Part shown: positions 7,548 through 16,275 of the stretch, one piece after another
Position numbering within the stretch: position 1 is the first letter of the stretch
Layout: the number at the start of each line of letters is the position of its first letter
Source: Chlamydiales bacterium
Lineage (GTDB): Bacteria > Chlamydiota > Chlamydiia > Chlamydiales > JBDQID01
Direction of reading: 5' to 3'
Assembly: GCA_047611865.1 (NCBI GenBank)
Contig: JBLFWS010000037.1
Coordinates: 1-23,617, forward strand
Length of the DNA stretch: 23,617 nucleotides
Notes under the pieces: model-generated
What the model was told of the DNA's origin: nothing
Seen by the model: only the letters and a program-made list of their open reading frames with translations
The model's database searches: none
Position numbers and translations under genes: made by a program

Positions 7548-8981
7548 ATGCATCAGGATTGCCTTCTTGCTATAGATATTCCTGCTTTGCTTACGGAGCT
7601 TAGAGACTTACTTTCGTCGCCTATTGATGGAGCATCTTTAGCTGTTTTCAGGCTATTGTATGGAGCCATTTTTTTTGTTCATTATATCATAGGCTGGGAA
7701 TTTGAAGTTTTACGCTATACCAACACATCGTATAATTTTCATTACGAACTTACTCCATTTATTGTCCCATTAAAAAAAAGAGGCATGAATCTTTTATTGG
7801 GAATTCAGATTTTAGCAGCTTTTTCTTTAGCAATTGGTTTTTTATCTCCTTACTCGGCTTTTATTTTATTTCTGACTAGTGCTTACAAGCTATTGATGGA
7901 TAAATCTTTGTACACCAATCACGCTTATCTTCATGTATTGATATGCTTGCTCTTGAGTGTCGTTGATGCTGGGAAAGTTATGTCGATGGATTCTTATTTA
8001 TGGGGTAGTGGGGAGCAAGGTTTTGAGATTTCTTTTTGGCAGGTGCTGATTTTTAAGTTACAGATTTTGATTGTCTATTTCTATGGAGGGATGAGCAAGC
8101 TAAATTATGATTGGCTGTTTCGGGCGATGCCCCTTCGAAATTTGTTTGCCGACAAGAGCTATTATTTCCTGCAGCGAAATATAGGAAGGTTTATTAAGGG
8201 AGAGAGTTCTCAATATACTGCTCGTGTTTTTTCTTTTTTTATTATTCCTTATTTCGCGGCATGGTCTGGAATGTTTATAGACCTGTTTGTCATCTGGTTC
8301 ATGCTGTTTGAAGAGACCCTTTATTATGCATTAGCGATATATTTGTGTTTTACAGTACTAAATCACAAGTTTTTTGAAATTGGAACTTTTCCCTACATGA
8401 ATTATGCCTTTGTCGTTCTTTTTCTAAGTCAAGTATACTCTCGTAGCGTTGTGGGTCTATTTTTTGGAGATACTCAGGGAGGGTCCGGAGCTGATCTTTT
8501 CATGTCTGATTTTGAATTCTTTTTTTTTATAGTTTATTTAGCCATACAGTTGGTCATACCCATGAGAAGGTTTGTGAAAACCTACATCATTCGCTTGGGA
8601 AAGAGCGATATTCATGCAGATAATGCCTGGTATTTTTCCTGGAATATGATGCATGCAGTAAAGCATGGGAAAGTGAGTTTTGATGTCTACGACTTGTCTA
8701 CAAAGAGATCTTTGTCTTTAGAGGGTGTCAGTCACGAACAGATCGTCTTGGGTACTAAGCAGGAACATTGTCTGAGGACGAGGCCACGCTGTGCTATTCA
8801 ATATGTGAAATTTTTGGAAGGCATTTTGAGAAGGAATGCTTATAAAAATTTTGGCATCAGGGTAAACAGTCAGATTGATATTAACTGTAGCGGAATGAAA
8901 ATGAAGATCAATCCGAGAGCCAATTTATGTAAGGAAGAAGTGAAGGCGTATGGTAGCTATTGGTGGCATTTGGATGATTAA
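7548..8981 (+). CDS. HTTM-domain membrane protein, vitamin K-dependent gamma-carboxylase-like
   Basis: PIDGASLAVFRLLYG, YTNHAYL, QILIVYFYGGMSKLNYDWL, IGTFPY and FSWNMM follow GGCX motifs in order. Several hydrophobic helices are followed by a soluble C-terminal domain. Confidence 0.88.
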   Translation: MHQDCLLAIDIPALLTELRDLLSSPIDGASLAVFRLLYGAIFFVHYIIGWEFEVLRYTNTSYNFHYELTPFIVPLKKRGMNLLLGIQILAAFSLAIGFLSPYSAFILFLTSAYKLLMDKSLYTNHAYLHVLICLLLSVVDAGKVMSMDSYLWGSGEQGFEISFWQVLIFKLQILIVYFYGGMSKLNYDWLFRAMPLRNLFADKSYYFLQRNIGRFIKGESSQYTARVFSFFIIPYFAAWSGMFIDLFVIWFMLFEETLYYALAIYLCFTVLNHKFFEIGTFPYMNYAFVVLFLSQVYSRSVVGLFFGDTQGGSGADLFMSDFEFFFFIVYLAIQLVIPMRRFVKTYIIRLGKSDIHADNAWYFSWNMMHAVKHGKVSFDVYDLSTKRSLSLEGVSHEQIVLGTKQEHCLRTRPRCAIQYVKFLEGILRRNAYKNFGIRVNSQIDINCSGMKMKINPRANLCKEEVKAYGSYWWHLDD

Positions 8982-9002
8982 GTGATTTACAGAACTTCTC
9001 TC

Positions 9003-9043
9003 GGCCTTGTTGCATGGTCCGTGAAGACCCATGCAACAAGGCC
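9003..9043. mobile_element. 41-bp miniature inverted-repeat element with IS903-like ends; possible terminator between convergent genes
   Basis: Perfect 15-bp inverted repeat GGCCTTGTTGCATGG (9003-9017) / CCATGCAACAAGGCC (9029-9043), flanked by the 8-bp direct repeat CTTCTCTC (8995-9002 and 9044-9051). Confidence 0.75.
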
Positions 9044-9050
9044 CTTCTCT

Positions 9051-10472
9051 CTACTTATCTCGAAAGAGGCTTGCTTCTGTGCTAGAAAGAAAGGGGTCAC
9101 AATTAGCTTGCAAGCCACTCTCCAAAGGGTAGGAGGTGTTGGGATTGTAAACTTTCATCTTGTTTATTTCATCTTTGGATAAGTGCCCTGCATAAGAGGC
9201 TATGGCAACAAGGGGGTATCCTTTTTCTTTGATGGCATCCCAATGTATTTGATATCTTGGATACATTTTAAATATCAATTCTTGAGGTGACAGGTCTATA
9301 TGGGAAGATATACTCTCAGCGCAAAACGCTTTTATTTTTTTTATGCGGTCTCCAAAAGCAGAGATGACTTTTTTGTTTTCTTGCTTATTTGCGTGATAAA
9401 ATTGTTGAGCGACATTTATCATTTCAGCTTCGTTCCACTCTGTAATGGAGTGTAAAAGATCCTGGTCCATAGTTTCTTGAGCTTGAGGGAATGCCAGTAG
9501 CCAGTTTCGATAAGGGTGCCCGCCTATTCCAAAGGCGTTTTGCTGGGGCATGATGGATTGATTGTCCATGAGGGTAATGTTGCCATCCATCAGAAAATGG
9601 AGATTAGCCATATTCATATCTGTATGGAAGAGGAGGGATGTGTAGAGAACGCACTTGTCAAAGCTTTCTTTTTTTATTTTATTTACAAATGCTTTTCTTT
9701 GGGGAGGATCCAGCTTCAAAATTTGAGAGCCATTGAGTCCCCCACTCATATATAATTGTCCTAAGCCAATGATTTCCCGATTTTCTATTTCAAAAGATGC
9801 CAGTGAGCAGGGAGCTATGATATCGTAGCGAAGGAACCTGCTGAGAATGTAGGTAAACATCTCGTTTCGCGCAAAGATTTCACTGGATTCAGCCATGGCT
9901 TTAGAAATATTTCTTTGTTCAATGTTTTTAAGTTTCTCTATGAGAGTGTCTTTGATTTTCTTTAGGGGAGTTTCCGGAGCTTTGAATTCATTTGGCAGCC
10001 CCCCCTTGAATAGAGAGCTTATTTCTTTTCGATATGCAGTTTCTACAAGGAGGTCCATATAATCGTAGGGTTTTTTGCCTTGCAGGAAGATGTCAATTTT
10101 TGCGTGTAGCGAATTCAAAGTAAAGCTTAGAAGCTTTTCGGAAATAGGGTCTGGCTTTGTCTTAAAAAAGTCGTCGATTTGAGAGCTTATGTCTTTTAGT
10201 AGAGTTTCAAAATCTTGGGTTTTAGGGCATTTAAAGAAGATGGTGTAGCGATACTGATCCTCGGATTTTGAGGGTGAAATTTTTGGTTCCAATCTTTCGA
10301 AGCGATATACACTAGTTTGATTTTTTTCGAAGGGGGTAAGTTTTTGTCCAGAAGGGGCAAGTGATTGCAGCCAGGCATCGGCTTCTTCAGCTCTTTGTTG
10401 GAAGGCTTCCATGGTAAAGTTCTTAGAGGTAGTGACTTTTTTGGGAATATTTTTGGCAGCGGGTTTTGTCAT
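9051..10472 (-). CDS. Atypical kinase, phosphatidylinositol 4-kinase type II-like fold
   Basis: RNEMFTYILSRFL..IIAP, GLGQLYM, HTDMNMANL (compare NTDRHxGN), LMDNQSIMP (compare IDHG..FP) and WLLAFPQAQ (compare W..WPQA). RBS AAGG upstream. Confidence 0.65.
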   Translation of the reverse strand: MTKPAAKNIPKKVTTSKNFTMEAFQQRAEEADAWLQSLAPSGQKLTPFEKNQTSVYRFERLEPKISPSKSEDQYRYTIFFKCPKTQDFETLLKDISSQIDDFFKTKPDPISEKLLSFTLNSLHAKIDIFLQGKKPYDYMDLLVETAYRKEISSLFKGGLPNEFKAPETPLKKIKDTLIEKLKNIEQRNISKAMAESSEIFARNEMFTYILSRFLRYDIIAPCSLASFEIENREIIGLGQLYMSGGLNGSQILKLDPPQRKAFVNKIKKESFDKCVLYTSLLFHTDMNMANLHFLMDGNITLMDNQSIMPQQNAFGIGGHPYRNWLLAFPQAQETMDQDLLHSITEWNEAEMINVAQQFYHANKQENKKVISAFGDRIKKIKAFCAESISSHIDLSPQELIFKMYPRYQIHWDAIKEKGYPLVAIASYAGHLSKDEINKMKVYNPNTSYPLESGLQANCDPFLSSTEASLFRDK

Positions 10473-10617
10473 TTCTTTACCTTTACCTTAGAGAAATTAA
10501 TTATAATCTTATATTTCCAAGTGGAGCTTTAAAGGTAGCAAGCCTGGGAATAATTGAATATATACTACATATGATTTTTTTGATAACCTAAGGGAAATGT
10601 GTGCTTAGGAAAGGATT

Positions 10618-11307
10618 GTGATGGACGACTGGCGAAAATTGAATTCCATGGAGTTCTATGAGAAATATGGATTTGTGTTTGTTGAGGACGCTATTCCCGA
10701 GAATTTGGCCGTACAATGTACTCTTTATTCCTTAGTAAAGTCTCGACAGGAATTTTCTCCTGATCTCTTAACGGATCCAAAGGTTCACGGAGTGTATGCA
10801 GATACCTTGATGGAATCTCTTTTACACTTTTACGGCTCTTGGGTGAGTAATGTTGTCGGGAAAAAATTGTGGCCCAGCTATTCTTTTTATCGCGTTTTTG
10901 TCCCCGGGATTAAAGAGGAAAGGATAAGAGCTGATGTCTCAAATGAGTATCGTGCTTCTCTCTGTTTAGGTACGAGTGCCAAGTCAAAGGAGGGAGACAG
11001 CAGCTGGGACATTTATCTTGATGTGCCCGATGAGGATGGAAAAGAAGGAAGGCCCTTAAGACTTTCTCCTGGGAACATGGTGATTTATTCTCCTCTGAGA
11101 GTAGACCATTGGCGGGAAGCCTTAGAAGGAGAAAAGGGGTCCAAGTATGTTCAGGTGGATTTGAATTATGTAGATGCGGACGGGCCTTATTTCCCGCTAT
11201 GTAAGTTTGATGGGCGACAACGTCTTGGCGAGCCTCAAGCGAGTATCAGACCGGAGAAGATGGATGCCATATCAAGGCTAACGTTGATGGCTCACGGGAA
11301 GCAGTAA
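10618..11307 (+). CDS. Phage-type 2OG/Fe(II) oxygenase-fold protein lacking HxD
   Basis: LWPSYSFYRVF, SLCLG, WDIY, LSPGNMVIY, DHWRE, QVDLNYVDADGP and KFDGR..LG. ERIRADVSNE occupies the expected H.DR..CE site. Start is GTG 10618 or ATG 10621. Confidence 0.7.
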   Translation: MMDDWRKLNSMEFYEKYGFVFVEDAIPENLAVQCTLYSLVKSRQEFSPDLLTDPKVHGVYADTLMESLLHFYGSWVSNVVGKKLWPSYSFYRVFVPGIKEERIRADVSNEYRASLCLGTSAKSKEGDSSWDIYLDVPDEDGKEGRPLRLSPGNMVIYSPLRVDHWREALEGEKGSKYVQVDLNYVDADGPYFPLCKFDGRQRLGEPQASIRPEKMDAISRLTLMAHGKQ

Positions 11308-11330
11308 CAGACAAAGTGTTGGGAGGAGTG

Positions 11331-12902
11331 ATGTCGACAAAGGCGCAAAGTAGTGTACAGTATTTCAAAGAAAATCATTTTGTTTCTATCAGTGGTGTGA
11401 TACCTGCGGCCTTGACAGATATTTATGGGACCTATGCCACCCTCAAGGCGATGAATTTTTTTTCTCCGGATACTACAGTGGGTACAGGGACTCATGGGGT
11501 TTATGGAGATACTCTGATGGAAACTTTGTTGACGAGCTATAAAGAGACTGTGGAGAGGGAGATAGGTCTGCCCCTTTGTCCCAGCTATTCCTATTATCGT
11601 GTTTATGGCTCAGGATCTGAAATTACCAGGCGTAGGCTCGGTCCATCTAATGAGATTACAGCACTGCTTTGTTTGGGTCATGAATATAAGGTCGGAGTGG
11701 AGACTTCTTTTTCCTGGAAATTATTTTTAAGTGAAAAGAGAGAGGGTGGGGAGAAGGTAGAGGCCGTAAGAGTGAAGCCTGGTAATATGATTATTTTCCG
11801 TGGAAATTTGTTGGATCATTGGAGAGAGCCTTTTCCTATTTCTGAGGGAGGTTGGTTTGCTGAGGTTTTTCTGAATTACGTTGTGGATGATGGGGCTTAT
11901 AAAAACATTTGTAAATTTGATGGGAGAAAGTCCCTTTTTTCTCTTCCCGTAAATTTCGAATTGGAAAAAGTACAAGCTATTGAGAATCTGTCTCAGGAAG
12001 AAGCTAGCGAGAGCTCTCCTTCTTCGGGCGTTGTGAAAGAGTATATGGAGAAATGGGCTAAGATAAAACCGTTGGCTCCCCCTTTGGATATGGATAGGCT
12101 AGGGTTTAATGCGGATGATGACATCACTTTTACTTTGATCTCTTCCGGGGCTAGTAAATTCCCCATACTCCTTGCAGACAATGTGTATAAAGATCCCGAT
12201 TACGTCAGAGATCTGGGACTGGAGATGTCTTATGATCGAGGGAGGGCATCGATTAGTTTGCCTATGGGCGAGTTATGGGAGCTTTTGTGTCGTTCATTCG
12301 CACATCTTTACGGCTTTTCTGATGAGCTACTGAAGGCCTCTGCTTTTCCCTTTTTCCGCTATGCTTTGGAAAGATCTCCTGTAGAAAAACCCTTGTCGTC
12401 TTCGCCCTTTCTTGAGGGATTTACCTTTCTCAATTTACCTGATGACTGCAAGGGAGGACTGTCCTTTTATCGTCACAAGGAATTTGATATAGAGGAATTT
12501 ATTTATGATGCAAACATAGTAGACGTAATTTTTCAACTTAAAGAGAACAAGCTGAGAGGAGCTAAGACGACTGACCTGGATCAGCGTTTCATTAAGAAGC
12601 TTATCTCTATGGGCTTGTTTTCTCAGTATTTTACTTTGCTCGAAGAGGGGACAGTTGATAGTTATGTCCAGTTAGGAGAAAGAGCTATGGGAGAGAAATC
12701 TCAAAAAGATTGGGAAGTGGTGACGTCGATTGAAATGAAATATAATCGTCTTGTGTGTTTTCCGGGTTTTCTCATGCACTCTTTGGATAATCCTGGAGGA
12801 TGGGATAGTAAAGACAAGGAAGAACAGAGGTTGAGGCAAAGGTTTTTTGTATCATGGCCAGTGAACATGGGGGAGAAGGGAAAGGATGATTTTAGATATT
12901 GA
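11331..12902 (+). CDS. Fusion of a phage-type 2OG-oxygenase-fold domain and a DUF6445-like (subtype A) domain, both lacking HxD
   Basis: The N-half is paralogous to 10618 (HGVYGDTLMETLL, PSYSYYRVY, DHWRE, CKFDGR). An S/E-rich linker follows. The C-half has ADNVYKDPDYVR and MKYNRLVCFPGFLMH. GGAGG precedes ATG 11331; GTG 11316 is an alternative start. Confidence 0.78.
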   Translation: MSTKAQSSVQYFKENHFVSISGVIPAALTDIYGTYATLKAMNFFSPDTTVGTGTHGVYGDTLMETLLTSYKETVEREIGLPLCPSYSYYRVYGSGSEITRRRLGPSNEITALLCLGHEYKVGVETSFSWKLFLSEKREGGEKVEAVRVKPGNMIIFRGNLLDHWREPFPISEGGWFAEVFLNYVVDDGAYKNICKFDGRKSLFSLPVNFELEKVQAIENLSQEEASESSPSSGVVKEYMEKWAKIKPLAPPLDMDRLGFNADDDITFTLISSGASKFPILLADNVYKDPDYVRDLGLEMSYDRGRASISLPMGELWELLCRSFAHLYGFSDELLKASAFPFFRYALERSPVEKPLSSSPFLEGFTFLNLPDDCKGGLSFYRHKEFDIEEFIYDANIVDVIFQLKENKLRGAKTTDLDQRFIKKLISMGLFSQYFTLLEEGTVDSYVQLGERAMGEKSQKDWEVVTSIEMKYNRLVCFPGFLMHSLDNPGGWDSKDKEEQRLRQRFFVSWPVNMGEKGKDDFRY

Positions 12903-13773
12903 TCGCCTCCAAGTGAATGCTGAATCCGAGATGGATGTTAGCGTGATAAAGGTCGGATCCTGTTCCTATCCTGTTGTTGTGATGGACAATGTTTATTCGG
13001 ATCCGGATTACATACGGGAGCTGGCATTATTTCTTGAATATGACAGGAGATTTTCTGATACAACGAGCCGTAGCCTTGGTGTTTACCCAAAAGGACTTAA
13101 GGAGATTGCCAGAATAGGATTGGACCAGCGTCATTTTTTTGAGGTACTGCATAAAAACTGGGCGAATCACTATATTCCTGATCGAGAAAAATTCATTTCT
13201 CATATTCCCAGAGAGGTCATTTTCTCACGTCTGAATCCTTCAGAAGGATCCTTTGATAAGTCTTTTGCTAAACCTCGATATGGGCGAACAATGTTTTCGG
13301 GAGTACTCTATCTAAACACAGATGAGCAATGTCGAGGAGGGCTGGGATTTTATTTGCACAGGAGGACAGGCTTTGATGAATTCCTTGATCTTTCTCTTAT
13401 GGAAGCAGTCGAAAGTAAAACATCTTTGTACGATAAGAGTGTATTGGGGGCTATTTATGATATGTCTTCTTTTGATAAAGTAGAGTACTTACGGGATGTG
13501 GGTAAGCTGGAATATTATTCGAAATCTCTTAAAATTATACATAATGAACCTATCGTACGGAAAGCTTATACAAGTGGAAGTGATGAGACCTGGCTTTTGT
13601 TTGATTTTGTAGAAATGAAATTCAACCGCCTGGTTTTCTTTCCATCATTTGTATTTCATGCCCAACACTACCAAGACAATTGGTTTGGTAATTTTCCGGA
13701 GACCCAGTGTTTGACACAGGAGTTTGCATACCATTGGATACCTACAGCTAACGAAAGTCATTCACTAGGATAA
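12886..13773 (+). CDS. DUF6445-like oxygenase-fold protein, subtype B, HxD lost
   Basis: VVVMDNVYSDPDYIR; LGVY, RIGLDQ and NWANHYI shared with the 2036 gene; PRYGR at the HxD site; MKFNRLVFFPSFVFH. Confidence 0.8.
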   Translation: MILDIDRLQVNAESEMDVSVIKVGSCSYPVVVMDNVYSDPDYIRELALFLEYDRRFSDTTSRSLGVYPKGLKEIARIGLDQRHFFEVLHKNWANHYIPDREKFISHIPREVIFSRLNPSEGSFDKSFAKPRYGRTMFSGVLYLNTDEQCRGGLGFYLHRRTGFDEFLDLSLMEAVESKTSLYDKSVLGAIYDMSSFDKVEYLRDVGKLEYYSKSLKIIHNEPIVRKAYTSGSDETWLLFDFVEMKFNRLVFFPSFVFHAQHYQDNWFGNFPETQCLTQEFAYHWIPTANESHSLG

Positions 13774-14832
13774 GTTATTTGCATCATCAATTAAAATGCT
13801 TCGTTCCAGGGCCCTTCGGGAGCTAAGAAAGCCTCCAGGAATGCAGATATCTTGCAGTGGGATTACGTCATTTAGTTCTTTAAAAACTTTTTTTCCATCA
13901 AGAAAGTGGGGTGTGCTCCCGTCACGTAAGTCGATAACTTGTAAGCCACGAAAGCATGGAGTTTTAGCTTCTTCCAAGCGTTCAAAGAGAGAGGTTTTTC
14001 TAAAAGCCGGGCTTTCTCTGGCATCGGACGAACCAATGATGGCAAAGTCGCCAACGAAGCACAATCCACGTAAGTATCCAGGGAAAAATGCGATGGCTTC
14101 AAAGCATCCTTTTTCCAGGTCTATAAAGCCAAACTCACCAGTTCCTGAGTTACATACCCAAAGTTTGTCTCTATACCATCTAGGGGAGTGCGGCATGCAG
14201 AGTTCCTGACAAATGATTTCGTTACTTTCAATATCTATCAAGAGTCCTTTGTTGTTGCAATCTTTGCGCCAGCCTTGTTCTACATCGGAGTTACAAAAGG
14301 CCGTTATATATTTTGCTTTACCATCTTTCATGGCCAAGCCGTTGAGATGGCAGCGATCCTGAGGAACGACTTTTGAGATAAATTTTGGTTTCCAGATGGG
14401 ACGAAAACTGTAGCCGTCACTTGGAGTGCATAGGCAACTAAATAAAGCGTTGATAAACAGTACATTCTCATCTTTGTCTATGCCCATATCGTGTATAGCT
14501 ATGGAACCAGTGGTATGAGTGGCTACAGGCAAATAGAGGCAATCGAAATCAATATTGGAGTCTTCTGCTTTGATGATATTTTCCAGTTGCCATATTTGAT
14601 GAATGATACCCACATAAATACGTTGGGGGTTGATACAGCATAATCCCATTGGGACAGCGCAGTCGTTTTCGAAAATGGCAAGTTTTTCTTCTTTATCTGG
14701 ACCTACGATGAAAATTTTGTCTTTCCTTGATGAAGTGAACATCAGGCTTATTTTATGCTCCTTTAGCCATGACGTCCAATGTGGAGATACGCTTATCCCT
14801 GATTGTGTTTTTTCATCTCTACTTGTATTCAT
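13765..14832 (-). CDS. TIGR03032/DUF4915 family protein, copy 2
   Basis: IHDM, FSCLCT, WKPKFIS, DRCHLNGLA, MPHSPRW and PGYLRGL. The true start is probably ATG 14832 (MNTS, RBS AGGA, matching the paralogue's MNTV); the ORF-track extension to 14862 starts inside the MITE. Confidence 0.9.
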   Translation of the reverse strand: MNTSRDEKTQSGISVSPHWTSWLKEHKISLMFTSSRKDKIFIVGPDKEEKLAIFENDCAVPMGLCCINPQRIYVGIIHQIWQLENIIKAEDSNIDFDCLYLPVATHTTGSIAIHDMGIDKDENVLFINALFSCLCTPSDGYSFRPIWKPKFISKVVPQDRCHLNGLAMKDGKAKYITAFCNSDVEQGWRKDCNNKGLLIDIESNEIICQELCMPHSPRWYRDKLWVCNSGTGEFGFIDLEKGCFEAIAFFPGYLRGLCFVGDFAIIGSSDARESPAFRKTSLFERLEEAKTPCFRGLQVIDLRDGSTPHFLDGKKVFKELNDVIPLQDICIPGGFLSSRRALERSILIDDANNLS

Positions 14833-14850
14833 TTTATTCCTGTTAAATTG

Positions 14851-14965
14851 GGGTGCAACCATAAGTGGAGGTGAGTCTTTTTTTTGTTACTCTTGTGAAT
14901 AGACGAAGCCTTCGGACTCATGAATAGTAACAAAAAAAGACTTACCTCCACTTATGGTTGCACCC
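14851..14965. mobile_element. 115-bp MITE with long terminal inverted repeats and a 9-bp target-site duplication
   Basis: GGGTGCAACCATAAGTGGAGGTGAGTC(T8)GTTACT pairs with AGTAAC(A7)GACTTACCTCCACTTATGGTTGCACCC, with one mismatch and one indel. GTTAAATTG lies at both 14842-14850 and 14966-14974. Confidence 0.88.
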
Positions 14966-15011
14966 GTTAAATTGTTTTAAATTGCGATGTAACGTCCTCA
15001 AATCATAGGAT

Positions 15012-16079
15012 CTACATTATTTTTTCCGAATCATCAATCAGGAAGGTTTCTCGTAGTTCTTTAAGGGAGTTGAGGATTTTACCAGGTATTTGAATACCTG
15101 GCAGGGAGATCACATCATAGATCTCTTTTATTTTACCTAAGCAATCCAGGGAGTGTACAATCTTTCCGCTACGTAAGTCGATAACCTGTAATCCACAAAA
15201 GGCTTGAGTTTGATGTTTTTTCATTCGGTCAAATAGAGGTAAGCCCTTAAAGTCTGGGTCATGCCTTGATTCAGACAAACCCACGACAGCGAAGTCGCCC
15301 ACAAAGCATAAACCTCGCAAGTATCCGGGACAAAAGGCGACTTGTTCAAAGCGCCCCTTTTCCAAATCCATGAAGCCAAAATCCCCTGTACCAGAATTTA
15401 GTAACCACAGTTTATCACGATACCACCTTGGGGAGTGGGGCATAGATAGATCTTGACAAATGATTTCATCACTTTCAAGATCTATCAGTATTCCTCCATT
15501 TGTGCGATGTTCCCGCCAGCCGTCAACGGTATCAGTGATGCCTACAGCAGTAGTGTACTTGGCTTTACCGTCTTTCATTGCCAAGCCATTGAGATGGCAG
15601 CGGTCTTCCGCTTTTAATTCGCTGATAAATTTTGGCTTCCATAGGGGGCGGAAGCTGAAGCCCTTGCTTAAAGTGCATAGACAATTGAACAAAGAATTTA
15701 TGAATAGCAGATTTCCATCGCTGTCTACAGCCATGTCGTGAATGGCGATATTTCCAGTCGTGTAGGCTGCAGCTGGCCAGAAGAGGCAATCTACGGTTTT
15801 GTTCGGATCATCTTCTTGTACCATGTTTTCTAAATGCCAGATTTGATAAAGGGTACTCATATAGACTCGTTGAGAGTTTACGGAGCACAGTCCCATAACG
15901 CGGATGCAGTCTCTTTCGAAAACGGAGACTTGCTCTTCCTGATCCAAGCCTGTTAGGAAGAGCTTTCCCAATCTATATGATGAGAACATCAGGCTTATCT
16001 TGTGCTCTTTCAGCCAGGATGTCCATTGTGGAGATGCTGTTATTCCCGGATGTTCTTTACTTTTTCCGACTGTATTCAT
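15012..16079 (-). CDS. TIGR03032/DUF4915 family protein, copy 1
   Basis: SYRLGKLF, MGL, IHDMA, AEDRCHLNGLA, LSMPHSPRW, FCPGYLRGL and EIYDV. RBS GAGGGTGA. Confidence 0.92.
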   Translation of the reverse strand: MNTVGKSKEHPGITASPQWTSWLKEHKISLMFSSYRLGKLFLTGLDQEEQVSVFERDCIRVMGLCSVNSQRVYMSTLYQIWHLENMVQEDDPNKTVDCLFWPAAAYTTGNIAIHDMAVDSDGNLLFINSLFNCLCTLSKGFSFRPLWKPKFISELKAEDRCHLNGLAMKDGKAKYTTAVGITDTVDGWREHRTNGGILIDLESDEIICQDLSMPHSPRWYRDKLWLLNSGTGDFGFMDLEKGRFEQVAFCPGYLRGLCFVGDFAVVGLSESRHDPDFKGLPLFDRMKKHQTQAFCGLQVIDLRSGKIVHSLDCLGKIKEIYDVISLPGIQIPGKILNSLKELRETFLIDDSEKIM

Positions 16080-16275
16080 TCACCCTCAAAAAGCATGGGA
16101 TTGATGAGCACACACTGCTCTTTCTAAATGTGTTTAGTTTTTTTTCAACCGATGTTTACTAAAGCGAGTAAATCCTATGCATCTTTAACAAGTGAGATAG
16201 GAGTTTTTTCAAAATCATTTGGTAATAATCTTTACTTAGTTATCGTATGGATTAAAGAAATATGTAAAGGATTCT

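Noticed and set aside
8982..9182. 66-aa ORF directly after the HTTM gene
   Set aside because: It reads through the 41-bp element and overlaps the kinase gene antisense, with no recognisable motif.
14833..14862. N-terminal extension MVAPQFNRNK of TIGR03032 copy 2
   Set aside because: Its ATG lies within the MITE arm. The paralogue and RBS support 14832.
13796..15741. Similar antisense ORFs 13796-14209 and 15460-15741, and other short ORFs nested in long genes
   Set aside because: They are shadow frames of well-supported genes and have no independent motifs.
990..16275. RiPP precursor peptide in the intergenic gaps (990-1181, 8982-9050, 10473-10617, 14833-15011, 16080-16275)
   Set aside because: I saw no short ORF with an RBS and leader/core character. 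The gaps are short and AT-rich or occupied by inverted-repeat elements.
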